Below are positions 18,423 to 27,148 of a stretch of 64,000 bases of DNA, one piece after another (position 1 is the first letter of the stretch; every line of letters starts with the position of its first letter). A model generated the notes under the pieces. That model saw only the letters and a program-made list of their open reading frames with translations. It did no database searches and was not told where the DNA came from. Origin of the DNA: Sulfurimonas sp. UBA2011 (lineage in GTDB: Bacteria > Campylobacterota > Campylobacteria > Campylobacterales > Sulfurimonadaceae); the NCBI GenBank assembly GCA_002335055.1, contig DDCH01000004.1, positions 215,678 through 279,677 of the forward strand, in the 5' to 3' direction. A program made the position numbers and the translations under genes.

Positions 18423-18882
18423 TTTTTATTAATAGTATAAGACTTTTAGCATTTATATTTTTAAGTTAAGTTAAATATATAAATGAATTTAGATAGTAAA
18501 GCTAATATTTAGTGACTCTATCAGTTTACCATATTTGTAATACATTTCGACAGACTATTGTTAAAGGTGTAAAAAGTAATACTGTTTTGAAAATAAAAGA
18601 TAAATTTTACATGACTTGTTACACTTTGTAGCACAAGTATAGTGAACCTAAAAATAAAATCTGATTGATTTAATTAAATCATCGACAAATTTGTGTTTAT
18701 ATTAGGTAAAATCTTAACTAAATAGATAAAATAAGATTGTAATGTCTTAAATTAAAGAGAATTAAAAGGTTATTTGAGTAAAGTGCTATTCGAGAAACAT
18801 AAATTATAGTTTAAAACTATTGTTAGGTCTTATTTATATAAGAACTGATACCAATGTTTAAGTCATCATTAAGGAGTAAATA
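18423..18882. promoter_or_regulatory. 460-bp divergent control region between dabB and oxidoreductase operon 2
   Basis: This is the longest intergenic spacer of the locus and is extremely AT-rich. It must contain the dab promoter and the delta-2 promoter. SD AAGGAG lies 7 nt before ATG 18883. Confidence 0.5.
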
Positions 18883-19107
18883 ATGTATTATGTAGCAAAA
18901 GTTAATTCTGACATGTGTGCTGAATATAAATGTAACACTTGTACTTTATATTGTCCAGAAGCGAATACGCTAATGTTCAATAAGGATGGTAACACATCTT
19001 GGGTCGATGAAGATAGATGTAAGGGGTGTGCACTATGTGTGTACGTATGTACTGATATGCTTGATCGTAACTGTATTACGATGGAAATGGCTGGTCACGA
19101 AGAGTAG
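18883..19107 (+). CDS. 2-oxoacid:ferredoxin oxidoreductase delta subunit (2x[4Fe-4S]), operon 2
   Basis: The protein is 100% identical to that of 8127..8351. There are 16 nucleotide differences, all synonymous. It is followed by a 142-nt spacer. Confidence 0.85.
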   Translation: MYYVAKVNSDMCAEYKCNTCTLYCPEANTLMFNKDGNTSWVDEDRCKGCALCVYVCTDMLDRNCITMEMAGHEE

Positions 19108-19249
19108 ACTCAGTAGTGTTGTACACATTGTGTATTATGTATGAGGTTATTTAGTAACAGTGAAAACTGTGTTTAGATAGTTGAAATACAAGAAAATAAA
19201 TCTATAGTTAGTATTTAATTATAATATATAAAAATTTATAGGAGAACTT

Positions 19250-19819
19250 ATGGCAAATCAAGGCCCCGCGTATTATTCACCGTATCCTGCGGCATTATAT
19301 GAAGGTGTAATTACACCACCAGAAGGAAAAGCACTTTTATTAGAAGAAGTGGTAGACGAAGAAATTGCAATGAGAGAAATCGCAAAGCAAATGTTAACTA
19401 AAGAAAATGCAACAATTTTCCCTGGTCCACAAGTGTTATATGGTTACAATGAAGAAGCAAAGAAAAAAGCTACTCTAATTAAAGAGATGGCTGAAGTTCT
19501 TAATGCTAAAATGATTCCAATGTATGACTACAGACCAAAGTATCCTAAAATTGATGCTGAAGTTGAAATCAATCCAAATCACCCGAACTTAACAATTTGG
19601 CATAACAACATTAAAGCAGCAATTTTTATTGGTGTTCACTGTCACTATGCTAACGTTGCATTAAAAATGGTTAGATGTGAAACAGATTGTTACACTATCG
19701 CTATTTGTGGTTTGTCAGGGCATGAAGATGCTATGGCTACATTAAGAGATCAGCATTCTTCAGAACTTGAGAAATTTATCAAGATAGCTAGAGAAGTAAA
19801 AGCAGAACTAAAATTATAA
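19250..19819 (+). CDS. fifth (epsilon-like) subunit, operon 2
   Basis: This 189-aa protein is a paralogue of 11196..11909 and lacks that protein's roughly 45-aa C-terminal extension. Confidence 0.65.
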   Translation: MANQGPAYYSPYPAALYEGVITPPEGKALLLEEVVDEEIAMREIAKQMLTKENATIFPGPQVLYGYNEEAKKKATLIKEMAEVLNAKMIPMYDYRPKYPKIDAEVEINPNHPNLTIWHNNIKAAIFIGVHCHYANVALKMVRCETDCYTIAICGLSGHEDAMATLRDQHSSELEKFIKIAREVKAELKL

Positions 19820-19834
19820 GAAAAGGAGAACTAA

Positions 19835-21034
19835 ATGGCATCAATTAAAGATATGACAGATACACATAACTGGTCTGGACAGAAATTAGTTACAGCAGAT
19901 CACATGCTTTTCGAAGCACCACGTGAAAAGCACTTCATGACTGGTTCTGAAGTTTTAAAAGAAGCGGTAAAAAGATGTACAGTAGATGCATCAGTATCTT
20001 ACCCAATTACACCACAATCAGAAGCAGCTCACCTTATCGGTGAACTATGGGCTGAAGGTTATGTTGGTACATACTTCCGTGGAGAAAATGAGTTCGGTGT
20101 TATGTCAGAAGTTGCTGGTTGTGCAATGGCTGGAGCAAGAACTATTACTACGACTTCAGGTCCTGGTACACTTAGAGCAATGGAAAACTTTCCACAATGG
20201 TCTGGTACAAGAATTCCTTGTCAACTAATCCTTATGGCTCGTGGTATTAACTCACCACTTACTATTCAACCTGATAATCTTGAAGTTACATTCATGTTAG
20301 AAACTGGTTGTATGATTTGGTATGCTGAAAATGTTCAAGAGTTATTTGACATGAGTATCGCTGCATTTATCGTTGCTGAAAAGCCTGATGTACATGTGCC
20401 TATCGTTACTGTTGTTGATGGTTTCTTTGTATCTCATACACGTGAGTCTGTAATGTTACCAGCTGATGATATCGCTCTTTTACCTTACGAGCCATACAAA
20501 TCTCCATTACCTCCGATTGATTCTGAAACTCCTCCAGGTCGTTTCTTAAGAGATCCATTTGTAATGAAGTCTAACTATATTTCTTATGCAACTCACGCTT
20601 CATGGCAGTGGGAAGTGAGATCTGCAGTTGAGCGTTCACGTCCATATGCTAAGCACTTCCTTAACGGTCTTGTTCATGTAACTGGAGCTCCTGACGCTGA
20701 AATCGCATTTGTTACTTGTGGTACTGCTTCTCATCAAGCAAAAGAAGCTGAAAGAGAGTTAATGAAACTTGGTGTTAAAACTAAGGTTATTAAACTTAGA
20801 ACTATCAGACCATTTCCAAAAGAAGAACTTCTTGCTGAGCTTGAAGGCGTTAAACATATTTTCGTACCAGAATTCAACGTTGTTGGTTGGTTAGAAAAAG
20901 AAGTTAAAACTGCTCTTCATAACAATCACACAGCTGAAGTTGTTGGTGGCCCTAGAGTTGCTGGTGGTATGAGTATGCCTGCTGAAGCGATTCTTAAAGA
21001 AGTGTTTGAACACATTAACGTAGAAGGAAAATAA
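19835..21034 (+). CDS. 2-oxoacid:ferredoxin oxidoreductase alpha subunit, operon 2
   Basis: It carries the SYPITPQSE, SGPGT and IRPFP motifs. Confidence 0.9.
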   Translation: MASIKDMTDTHNWSGQKLVTADHMLFEAPREKHFMTGSEVLKEAVKRCTVDASVSYPITPQSEAAHLIGELWAEGYVGTYFRGENEFGVMSEVAGCAMAGARTITTTSGPGTLRAMENFPQWSGTRIPCQLILMARGINSPLTIQPDNLEVTFMLETGCMIWYAENVQELFDMSIAAFIVAEKPDVHVPIVTVVDGFFVSHTRESVMLPADDIALLPYEPYKSPLPPIDSETPPGRFLRDPFVMKSNYISYATHASWQWEVRSAVERSRPYAKHFLNGLVHVTGAPDAEIAFVTCGTASHQAKEAERELMKLGVKTKVIKLRTIRPFPKEELLAELEGVKHIFVPEFNVVGWLEKEVKTALHNNHTAEVVGGPRVAGGMSMPAEAILKEVFEHINVEGK

Positions 21035-21035
21035 G

Positions 21036-21905
21036 ATGGCAATTGATATATACAAAATCAACCCTGAATTCCGTGACATTATGCCTAAAGAGATTATTGA
21101 TCTTGAGGAAAATGCAACATGGGCTCAAAACCGAATAAAACCACGTGGTATTAAAGAAATGCCAGATACTAAAGAGATTCTAGAAGAACACTCTTTATGT
21201 GCTGGTTGTCCTGAATCTGCTGCACTTAGATATGTTCTAGCAGCATTACCATGTCCAGAAGAGACTATAATTGTTAACTCAACTGGTTGTACTTCTTTGA
21301 TGTTCCCACACATCGCACTTCATACTGTTCACTCACTTTTTGGTAATCAAAATGCTGTTGCAACTGGTATTAAGCGTGTTCTTGACTGGAGATTTCCAGA
21401 TAAGCAAAAAGATGTTATGGTTCTAGCTGGAGACGGTGCTACTGTTGATATCGGTCTTGACTATACACTTCAGTCTTTCTTTAGACAAGAAAATATCACT
21501 ACAATTTGTTTTGATAATGAAGTTTATGCAAATACTGGTGGACAAGAATCAGGTGCAACTCCAAAAGGTCAAGTTTTCAAAATGGCACCTTTAGGTAAGA
21601 AATTTGAAAAAGTTAAAATGTGGGAATTAGCTACTACTGCTGGTTGTCATTATACTATGAACATGACTGCTTCTGCTCCTAAAGCAGTTGCTAAAGCTGT
21701 TCGTGAAGCTATTTTAGTTGCAAGAGAAATCGGACCAACATTCCTTAACATTTATACTCCTTGTATTCTTGAAATTGGACTTAGTGCAAATGAAGGTCTT
21801 GGCGAAATGAAAGATCAAGATAAAGATAGATTTGCATCTTACAAGTTTGTTTCTCCAGAAGCAGAAGAATACTTGAAAAAATGTAAAGCAGAAGGAAAGT
21901 TATAA
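21036..21905 (+). CDS. 2-oxoacid:ferredoxin oxidoreductase beta subunit (TPP-binding), operon 2
   Basis: It carries GDGATVDIG...DNEVYANTGGQ and the CAGC...CP...GC cysteines. Confidence 0.9.
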   Translation: MAIDIYKINPEFRDIMPKEIIDLEENATWAQNRIKPRGIKEMPDTKEILEEHSLCAGCPESAALRYVLAALPCPEETIIVNSTGCTSLMFPHIALHTVHSLFGNQNAVATGIKRVLDWRFPDKQKDVMVLAGDGATVDIGLDYTLQSFFRQENITTICFDNEVYANTGGQESGATPKGQVFKMAPLGKKFEKVKMWELATTAGCHYTMNMTASAPKAVAKAVREAILVAREIGPTFLNIYTPCILEIGLSANEGLGEMKDQDKDRFASYKFVSPEAEEYLKKCKAEGKL

Positions 21906-22627
21906 TGGCTAAAGATTCAATCAAAGTAAGACTTCCGGGTCTTGGTGGTCAAGGTGCAGTTACAGCTGCACACATCGCAGCTACTGCTGCTGATACTGAA
22001 GGATACTTCGCTGTGTCTAATCCATTTTTTGGTGCAGAAAAGCGTATGGCTCCATCTGAGTCTTATGCAAGAATAGGTACTGTGCCTATTTACGATAGAG
22101 GGGAAGTAATTTATCCTGATATCGTTATGATTTTCCACCCACAAGTTATTACTATGGGTAAATCATACACTATGCCTTTTTATGCTGGTATTAAAGATAA
22201 TGGTCTTGTTATTATTAACTCTGATATTGATCTTTTAACTGATGTTGATAAGAGAATTCTTGCTGACAAAAATGTTAAAGTACTTACTCGTGACTTTACT
22301 AAGTTTGCAATTGAGCAAGCTGGTACTGAACTTGCTACAAACATGGCTATGCTTGGTGCATTATTTGGTGCTCTTGGTACAATCTCTAAGTCTGCTATTG
22401 AAGAGGGAATCAAAGATAGATTCCTTAAGAAATATACAGCTTCTGGTGGTACTGCTACACTCGATTCAGTTATTGAAAAGAAATTTAAGAAAAAGAAAGA
22501 ACTTATTCAAAAAAATCTTGATACTGCATCAGCTGCTTATGATTTAACTGCTGCTTGGGCTAAAGAAGTAGGACTAGAACAAATTCTAGAACCTTCTAAG
22601 CACAACAACGGTAACATCGTAAAGTAA
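21905..22627 (+). CDS. 2-oxoacid:ferredoxin oxidoreductase gamma subunit, operon 2
   Basis: It starts MAKDSIKVRLPGLGGQGAV and is collinear with 8363..9064. Confidence 0.85.
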   Translation: MAKDSIKVRLPGLGGQGAVTAAHIAATAADTEGYFAVSNPFFGAEKRMAPSESYARIGTVPIYDRGEVIYPDIVMIFHPQVITMGKSYTMPFYAGIKDNGLVIINSDIDLLTDVDKRILADKNVKVLTRDFTKFAIEQAGTELATNMAMLGALFGALGTISKSAIEEGIKDRFLKKYTASGGTATLDSVIEKKFKKKKELIQKNLDTASAAYDLTAAWAKEVGLEQILEPSKHNNGNIVK

Positions 22628-22634
22628 TAATTTT

Positions 22635-22661
22635 AACTGTGCCTTTGGCACAGTTATTTAT
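22635..22661 (+). terminator. rho-independent terminator of operon 2
   Basis: AACTGTGCC-ttt-GGCACAGTT (9-bp perfect stem) is followed by ATTTAT. Confidence 0.7.
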
Positions 22662-22746
22662 CCTCCTCACCAAACACTCACAAACTTTTTTTATAAACAC
22701 TTAAAGCCAAGCGCTTATTAAATAAGTTTAGCACCAAGGAATACAT

Positions 22747-23721
22747 ATGATACAGTCATTTATAATTACAGGATTTTTAGGCGTTGGTAAAACAACTATG
22801 TTAACTAATACAGTTAAAGAGCATTTCGCTGATAAAAAAGTAGCTATTGTAGTTAATGAGTTTGGCGATATTGGAATCGATGGAGATATACTCAGTAATG
22901 TATATAGTGAAGTCCTTGAAATTTCAGAGGGTTGTATCTGTTGTCAACTCTCAGAAGAGTTTGAAAGCGGTGTAATGGAAATTATTGAGAAGTATAAGCC
23001 TGAAATTATCTTCGTAGAGACTTCAGGAGCATCTGAGCCTTTTCCTATTTTTATGTCTATGCAAAACCTTGGTGTTACAGTCGAGGGTATTATTTGTGTG
23101 ATTGATTCTAAAAACTTAGACTCTTACAAAGATAATTCTACTGCAAAGTATCAGGTTGGTGGGTCAAATATAATTGTTTTAAATAAAACAGACCTAGTAA
23201 ATGATGAAGAGTTAGCAGTAGTTAAACAGCAAGTTATAGAGATGAAAGACTCACATAATATAAAGAATAATCTTACTGGTGAAACAGTTTTTAATAACTA
23301 TGTAATTACTGAAGCTTCAGAGGGTCTTGTAAAGAAAGATATCTTTGAAGGTGTATATAAAATTGATGAGATTATTGGACTTGCTAAAGACTATCAACAT
23401 CCAGATCATACTCATGATGACTCTATAACTCAGCAAATAGCTTACCTCAAAGAAGATATCAAATTTGAAGATGTTGACATAATACTAAAGAATATTCCAA
23501 AGAGTGTTTATAGAGTAAAGGGAGTGGTTAAGGTGACAGATGTACCTAACCCAATAGTTGTAAACTACTCTTTTGGTAATGTTTCATTTGAAGAGCTTGA
23601 TGAGTATGCCCACCCATCTATCATGATATTTATCGGAGAGTCTATACTTGATGATGTAGAAACATTATGTGAGCAGTACTCTTATATAAATATACCGAAG
23701 TTTAAACTGACTTCATTTTAA
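22747..23721 (+). CDS. COG0523/CobW-family G3E GTPase (putative metallochaperone)
   Basis: It has Walker A GFLGVGKTT, the CxCC motif EGCICCQ, NKTD, and a His-rich stretch DYQHPDHTHDD. Confidence 0.85.
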   Translation: MIQSFIITGFLGVGKTTMLTNTVKEHFADKKVAIVVNEFGDIGIDGDILSNVYSEVLEISEGCICCQLSEEFESGVMEIIEKYKPEIIFVETSGASEPFPIFMSMQNLGVTVEGIICVIDSKNLDSYKDNSTAKYQVGGSNIIVLNKTDLVNDEELAVVKQQVIEMKDSHNIKNNLTGETVFNNYVITEASEGLVKKDIFEGVYKIDEIIGLAKDYQHPDHTHDDSITQQIAYLKEDIKFEDVDIILKNIPKSVYRVKGVVKVTDVPNPIVVNYSFGNVSFEELDEYAHPSIMIFIGESILDDVETLCEQYSYINIPKFKLTSF

Positions 23722-23766
23722 TACAATTTTTTATATAATGAATACAAAATAATTAAAAGAGAATTT

Positions 23767-24795
23767 ATGACACCTATTCAAAGAGTACTAGAAGCTATTG
23801 ATGAGATAAAAAAAGGCAATATGGTCATCATGATTGATGATGAGGATAGAGAGAACGAGGGGGACTTAGTGTATGCCGCTGCGTTTAGTACTCCTAAACA
23901 TGTTAACTTTATGGCTACACATGCAAGAGGACTTATTTGTGTTGCTCTTTCTAAAGCAATAGCAACTCGTTTAGACTTAAACCCTATGGTAAGCTCAAAC
24001 ACATCTTCGTATGAAACAGCGTTTACTGTCTCAGTTGATGCAAAAGATGCACTTACTGGTATATCGGCAGGTGAGAGAGATGATACTATTCGTATACTTG
24101 CAAATCCTATAGCAAAACCGATGGAACTCGTTAAACCTGGACATATATTTCCCCTTATCGCTAAAGATGGTGGAACACTTATTCGAACTGGACATACTGA
24201 AGGTTCAGTTGATATCTGTCGTTTAGCAGGGCTTAGTGAAGCAGGTGTAATCTGTGAAATCATTAAAGAAGATGGAAGTATGGCTCGTCGTGATGATTTA
24301 GATATTTTTGGAGATAAGCATAATCTTAAAACTATTTTTATCTCAGACATAGTTGAGTACAGACTTGCAAACGAGTCTTTAGTAAATGAGACATCAGTAG
24401 AAGAGATAGAGTTTTTTGGTGTTAAAGTTAAAAAACATATATTTACAGACCATGATGGTATAGAACATACTGCTATAGAGTTTTATTCTACTGGTAGTAT
24501 TGCAAATGTACGTGTGCATAATGTTGTGCCAGATATGGAACTTTTATTACATCAAGAAAAATACAATAACTTAATAAAATCAATAGAGTATCTCAAAACA
24601 AATAGCGGTATTTTAGTCTTTATAAATAAAACACACCATCAAGATAACTCTGCACCTAAAGAGCTTGGTATTGGTGCTCAGATAATCAAATCTTTTGGAA
24701 TTGATAAAATGAACCTTATTACACCACTTAAATCTACAGAGTTTGGTGGATTAAGTGGATTTGGTTTAGAGGTAAATGAAACTATAGACATCTAG
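23767..24795 (+). CDS. ribB: 3,4-dihydroxy-2-butanone-4-phosphate synthase with a degenerate GTP-cyclohydrolase-II-like C-terminal domain (RibBA-type)
   Basis: The N-terminal half has DDEDRENEGDLV...GHTEGSVD, the RibB signature. The C-terminal half aligns to RibA around RVHN but contains no cysteine where the RibA zinc ligands (RVHSEC...CDC) would lie. Confidence 0.8.
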   Translation: MTPIQRVLEAIDEIKKGNMVIMIDDEDRENEGDLVYAAAFSTPKHVNFMATHARGLICVALSKAIATRLDLNPMVSSNTSSYETAFTVSVDAKDALTGISAGERDDTIRILANPIAKPMELVKPGHIFPLIAKDGGTLIRTGHTEGSVDICRLAGLSEAGVICEIIKEDGSMARRDDLDIFGDKHNLKTIFISDIVEYRLANESLVNETSVEEIEFFGVKVKKHIFTDHDGIEHTAIEFYSTGSIANVRVHNVVPDMELLLHQEKYNNLIKSIEYLKTNSGILVFINKTHHQDNSAPKELGIGAQIIKSFGIDKMNLITPLKSTEFGGLSGFGLEVNETIDI

Positions 24796-24798
24796 TAG

Positions 24799-25725
24799 AT
24801 GAAACTTCTCTTCGTACTCTTTATATTTCTTTGTTTAAATGCAGAAGAAGCCTTACAAACAAGAACAAAGGTACTTATGAGTACTTTTGCTACGATTAGC
24901 CTTAACGAGTCTAATAAGGGCTTCTTTAAAGGTGCTTTTACTATTTTAAGCACAGTAGATACATCTCTATCCTCATATAATCAAAACTCTCCAATATATA
25001 AACTCAATAAAAATAAAAAAGCTGATATTAACCTTTATGCTTATGAGGCACTTTTATTGAGTCAAAAGTATTATATAAAGAGTGCAGGGTACTTTAATAT
25101 AGCTATTGGCAGTGTGACAAAAGATTTGTATCGTTTTGGAGAAGATGAGAGAGTCCCTAGAGATTGGGAATTAAATGCGAGTGATACCTCATTTGACACT
25201 TTGACTTTTGATAAACACAGTGCAAAACTAGGTCAAGGTGTAAAAATCGACTTGGGTGGTTTTGGCAAAGGTTATGGTGTTGATAGAGTAGTCGAGTATC
25301 TCAAAATCAATAATGTTAAAAAAGCCAGGGTGGCACTCAGTGGTGATATCCGTTGTCTTGGAATCTGTGAGATAAGTATAAATAACCCTTACTCAGATAT
25401 AGCTCTACTGCGTTTTATTACAAGAAAAGAAGAGATGGCTACATCAACAAGTGGAAATTACAATCATTTTGTAGGTACAGAGAATAATAATCATCTAATT
25501 AATCCAAAAACAAAACAATCACAAAAAACCTTTATATCCATTACACTTATTTCTACACTCCCAAACTCTGATGTAGATGCATATGCAACAGCTGCTAGTG
25601 TGATGCCAAAAGAGTTGGCTTATAAGTTTTTAGACTCTTTAGACCTAGCCTATGTTATTTTAGAGAGTGATAGAAAACTGGTGATAAGTGAAAATATAAG
25701 TTTATATGTTAACGTTCAAAAATAG
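24799..25725 (+). CDS. apbE: FAD:protein FMN transferase (ApbE)
   Basis: It has KIDLGGFGKGYGVDRV and TSGNY motifs and an N-terminal signal-like sequence. Confidence 0.8.
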   Translation: MKLLFVLFIFLCLNAEEALQTRTKVLMSTFATISLNESNKGFFKGAFTILSTVDTSLSSYNQNSPIYKLNKNKKADINLYAYEALLLSQKYYIKSAGYFNIAIGSVTKDLYRFGEDERVPRDWELNASDTSFDTLTFDKHSAKLGQGVKIDLGGFGKGYGVDRVVEYLKINNVKKARVALSGDIRCLGICEISINNPYSDIALLRFITRKEEMATSTSGNYNHFVGTENNNHLINPKTKQSQKTFISITLISTLPNSDVDAYATAASVMPKELAYKFLDSLDLAYVILESDRKLVISENISLYVNVQK

Positions 25726-26155
25726 AAGAGAGTAAGAGCCAAAAAACATACAATAAGAGTAACTCTAATGATATAAAAGAGATAAGTTTTACATACGCAA
25801 AAAATTCTAAACCCATGATAATAAAATAGGGACTAAACATTTCTAAAAACCCCATAAAAAAGATAGCATAAATAAGTCTAATAAATAGTTTTGATGTTTT
25901 ATGTTTTGTAAAAAGTAAGAAATGGAGTACAACCATAAAAAAAAGTCCAAAAGCAAAAATATGCGGTAGGATTATTTTTAAAATTGTGGACCATGACTTC
26001 TGAACTAAAAATTTATCTTCATTCCCAAGGTAGTACTCTAAAACAGAACTTACGGAAAAACCTATTTTATTTTCAAATAGTAATAATGAACTGCCTAAAA
26101 GAAGTAGACTAAAGCTTAAAAAATAAAAAACTGCGTATTTATATGCTTGTTGCAA
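25709..26155 (-). CDS. 4-TM membrane protein with intramembrane His residues, paralogue of 26139..26621
   Basis: The 148-aa product shares the pattern G.s...v..y.GN.D.f...(13-20 aa)...H with its neighbour. It has HIFAFGLFFMVVLHF. Confidence 0.55.
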   Translation of the reverse strand: MQQAYKYAVFYFLSFSLLLLGSSLLLFENKIGFSVSSVLEYYLGNEDKFLVQKSWSTILKIILPHIFAFGLFFMVVLHFLLFTKHKTSKLFIRLIYAIFFMGFLEMFSPYFIIMGLEFFAYVKLISFISLELLLLYVFWLLLSSIFER

Positions 26156-26621
26156 AGTTTAGGTTCCATAAAGAGTGTAGGGCCATAATAAATGCTGTGA
26201 TATGCCAGATAAAGTATGAAAGAACATAAACACTTAAGAAGCTTGGAGCATAAAAGTAGCTAATCGCTAAACTTATGAGTGCGAGTAGGGCACTGAGCAT
26301 TAAAATATTTATAATTATAATAGAGTAGTTTTTTATGGAGCAGAGTCTTGCATACACTGTACTTAGTGTTAAAAGAATCATCATCATAAAAAAGATCTCT
26401 CCGTGAATGTACTCTAAAAACACTGACTTATCTATTGGGTCTATGTACTCATCTATATTTCCAAAAAGAGTCATTTTAATATCTTCAACTAGGAGACCTA
26501 GTGTGGTATCTATAACAAAAATATCAGCTATTAAATACATTAGCATAAATATCAATAAACCATTGAGTAAAGGTTTCATCGTGATGTCTTGTTTGAGGTC
26601 TTTTATGAGAGTAAAACGCAA
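26139..26621 (-). CDS. 4-TM membrane protein with intramembrane His residues
   Basis: The 160-aa product has FGNIDEY...LEYIHGEIFF and WHITAFIMALH. It overlaps the downstream paralogue by 17 nt. Confidence 0.55.
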   Translation of the reverse strand: MRFTLIKDLKQDITMKPLLNGLLIFMLMYLIADIFVIDTTLGLLVEDIKMTLFGNIDEYIDPIDKSVFLEYIHGEIFFMMMILLTLSTVYARLCSIKNYSIIIINILMLSALLALISLAISYFYAPSFLSVYVLSYFIWHITAFIMALHSLWNLNFATSI

Positions 26622-26623
26622 AC

Positions 26624-27148
26624 TTATTTTCCTTTTACTAGCTCGTTATATACAGCAAAAGCAATACGAGAACTTTCAACTACACTTCGAGCACTCATCG
26701 TAGCACCAGTTATACTTGGGATATCACGGTTGAGTCTAAGCATTTTAGCTGTGTTAATATCTTCAAACTGTGAGTTCCATCTATCTGTTGTGAGGTACTC
26801 GAGTGCTTCGTTAAAAGCAATGACTTCAATACCTAGAAGATTGTTATTTTTTATGAAGTAGAGGACAACTCCATTTTTTGAACGAACCTTTCTACTTACT
26901 AAAACACCATAACCAAGGATTTTATCATCTTTTTTAGCTGTAAATATTCTATAGATTTTTGTATCTAGTTTTGTTTTTGCATTTTTTTGTATATTTTTGT
27001 ATTTTGTATTTGAGAGTAAAAAATTCTTTTTTGTAATTGTTGCATTTAGGTCATAGGCCTCTTTCATTGCATCTATTGGTGAGATAAGCATCTGTGCTTG
27101 AAGTGTGCTAAAAGAAAGAAAAAGAAAAAGTGTAAATATTGTTTTCAT
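26624..27148 (-). CDS. periplasmic FMN-binding-domain protein (flavinylation target)
   Basis: It has a signal peptide MKTIFTLFLFLSFSTLQA. The C-terminal SITGATMSARSV matches the (S/T)GA(T/S) flavinylation motif of NqrC/RnfG/NosR-type FMN_bind domains. Confidence 0.7.
   Translation of the reverse strand: MKTIFTLFLFLSFSTLQAQMLISPIDAMKEAYDLNATITKKNFLLSNTKYKNIQKNAKTKLDTKIYRIFTAKKDDKILGYGVLVSRKVRSKNGVVLYFIKNNNLLGIEVIAFNEALEYLTTDRWNSQFEDINTAKMLRLNRDIPSITGATMSARSVVESSRIAFAVYNELVKGK

Noticed and set aside
19157-19170. A small hairpin, ACAGT-GAAA-ACTGT, in the 142-nt spacer between delta-2 and epsilon-2. I considered it a possible attenuator or terminator.
   Set aside because: The stem is only 5 bp and the downstream U-tract is weak (GTTTAG). 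It is too small to call without transcript data.
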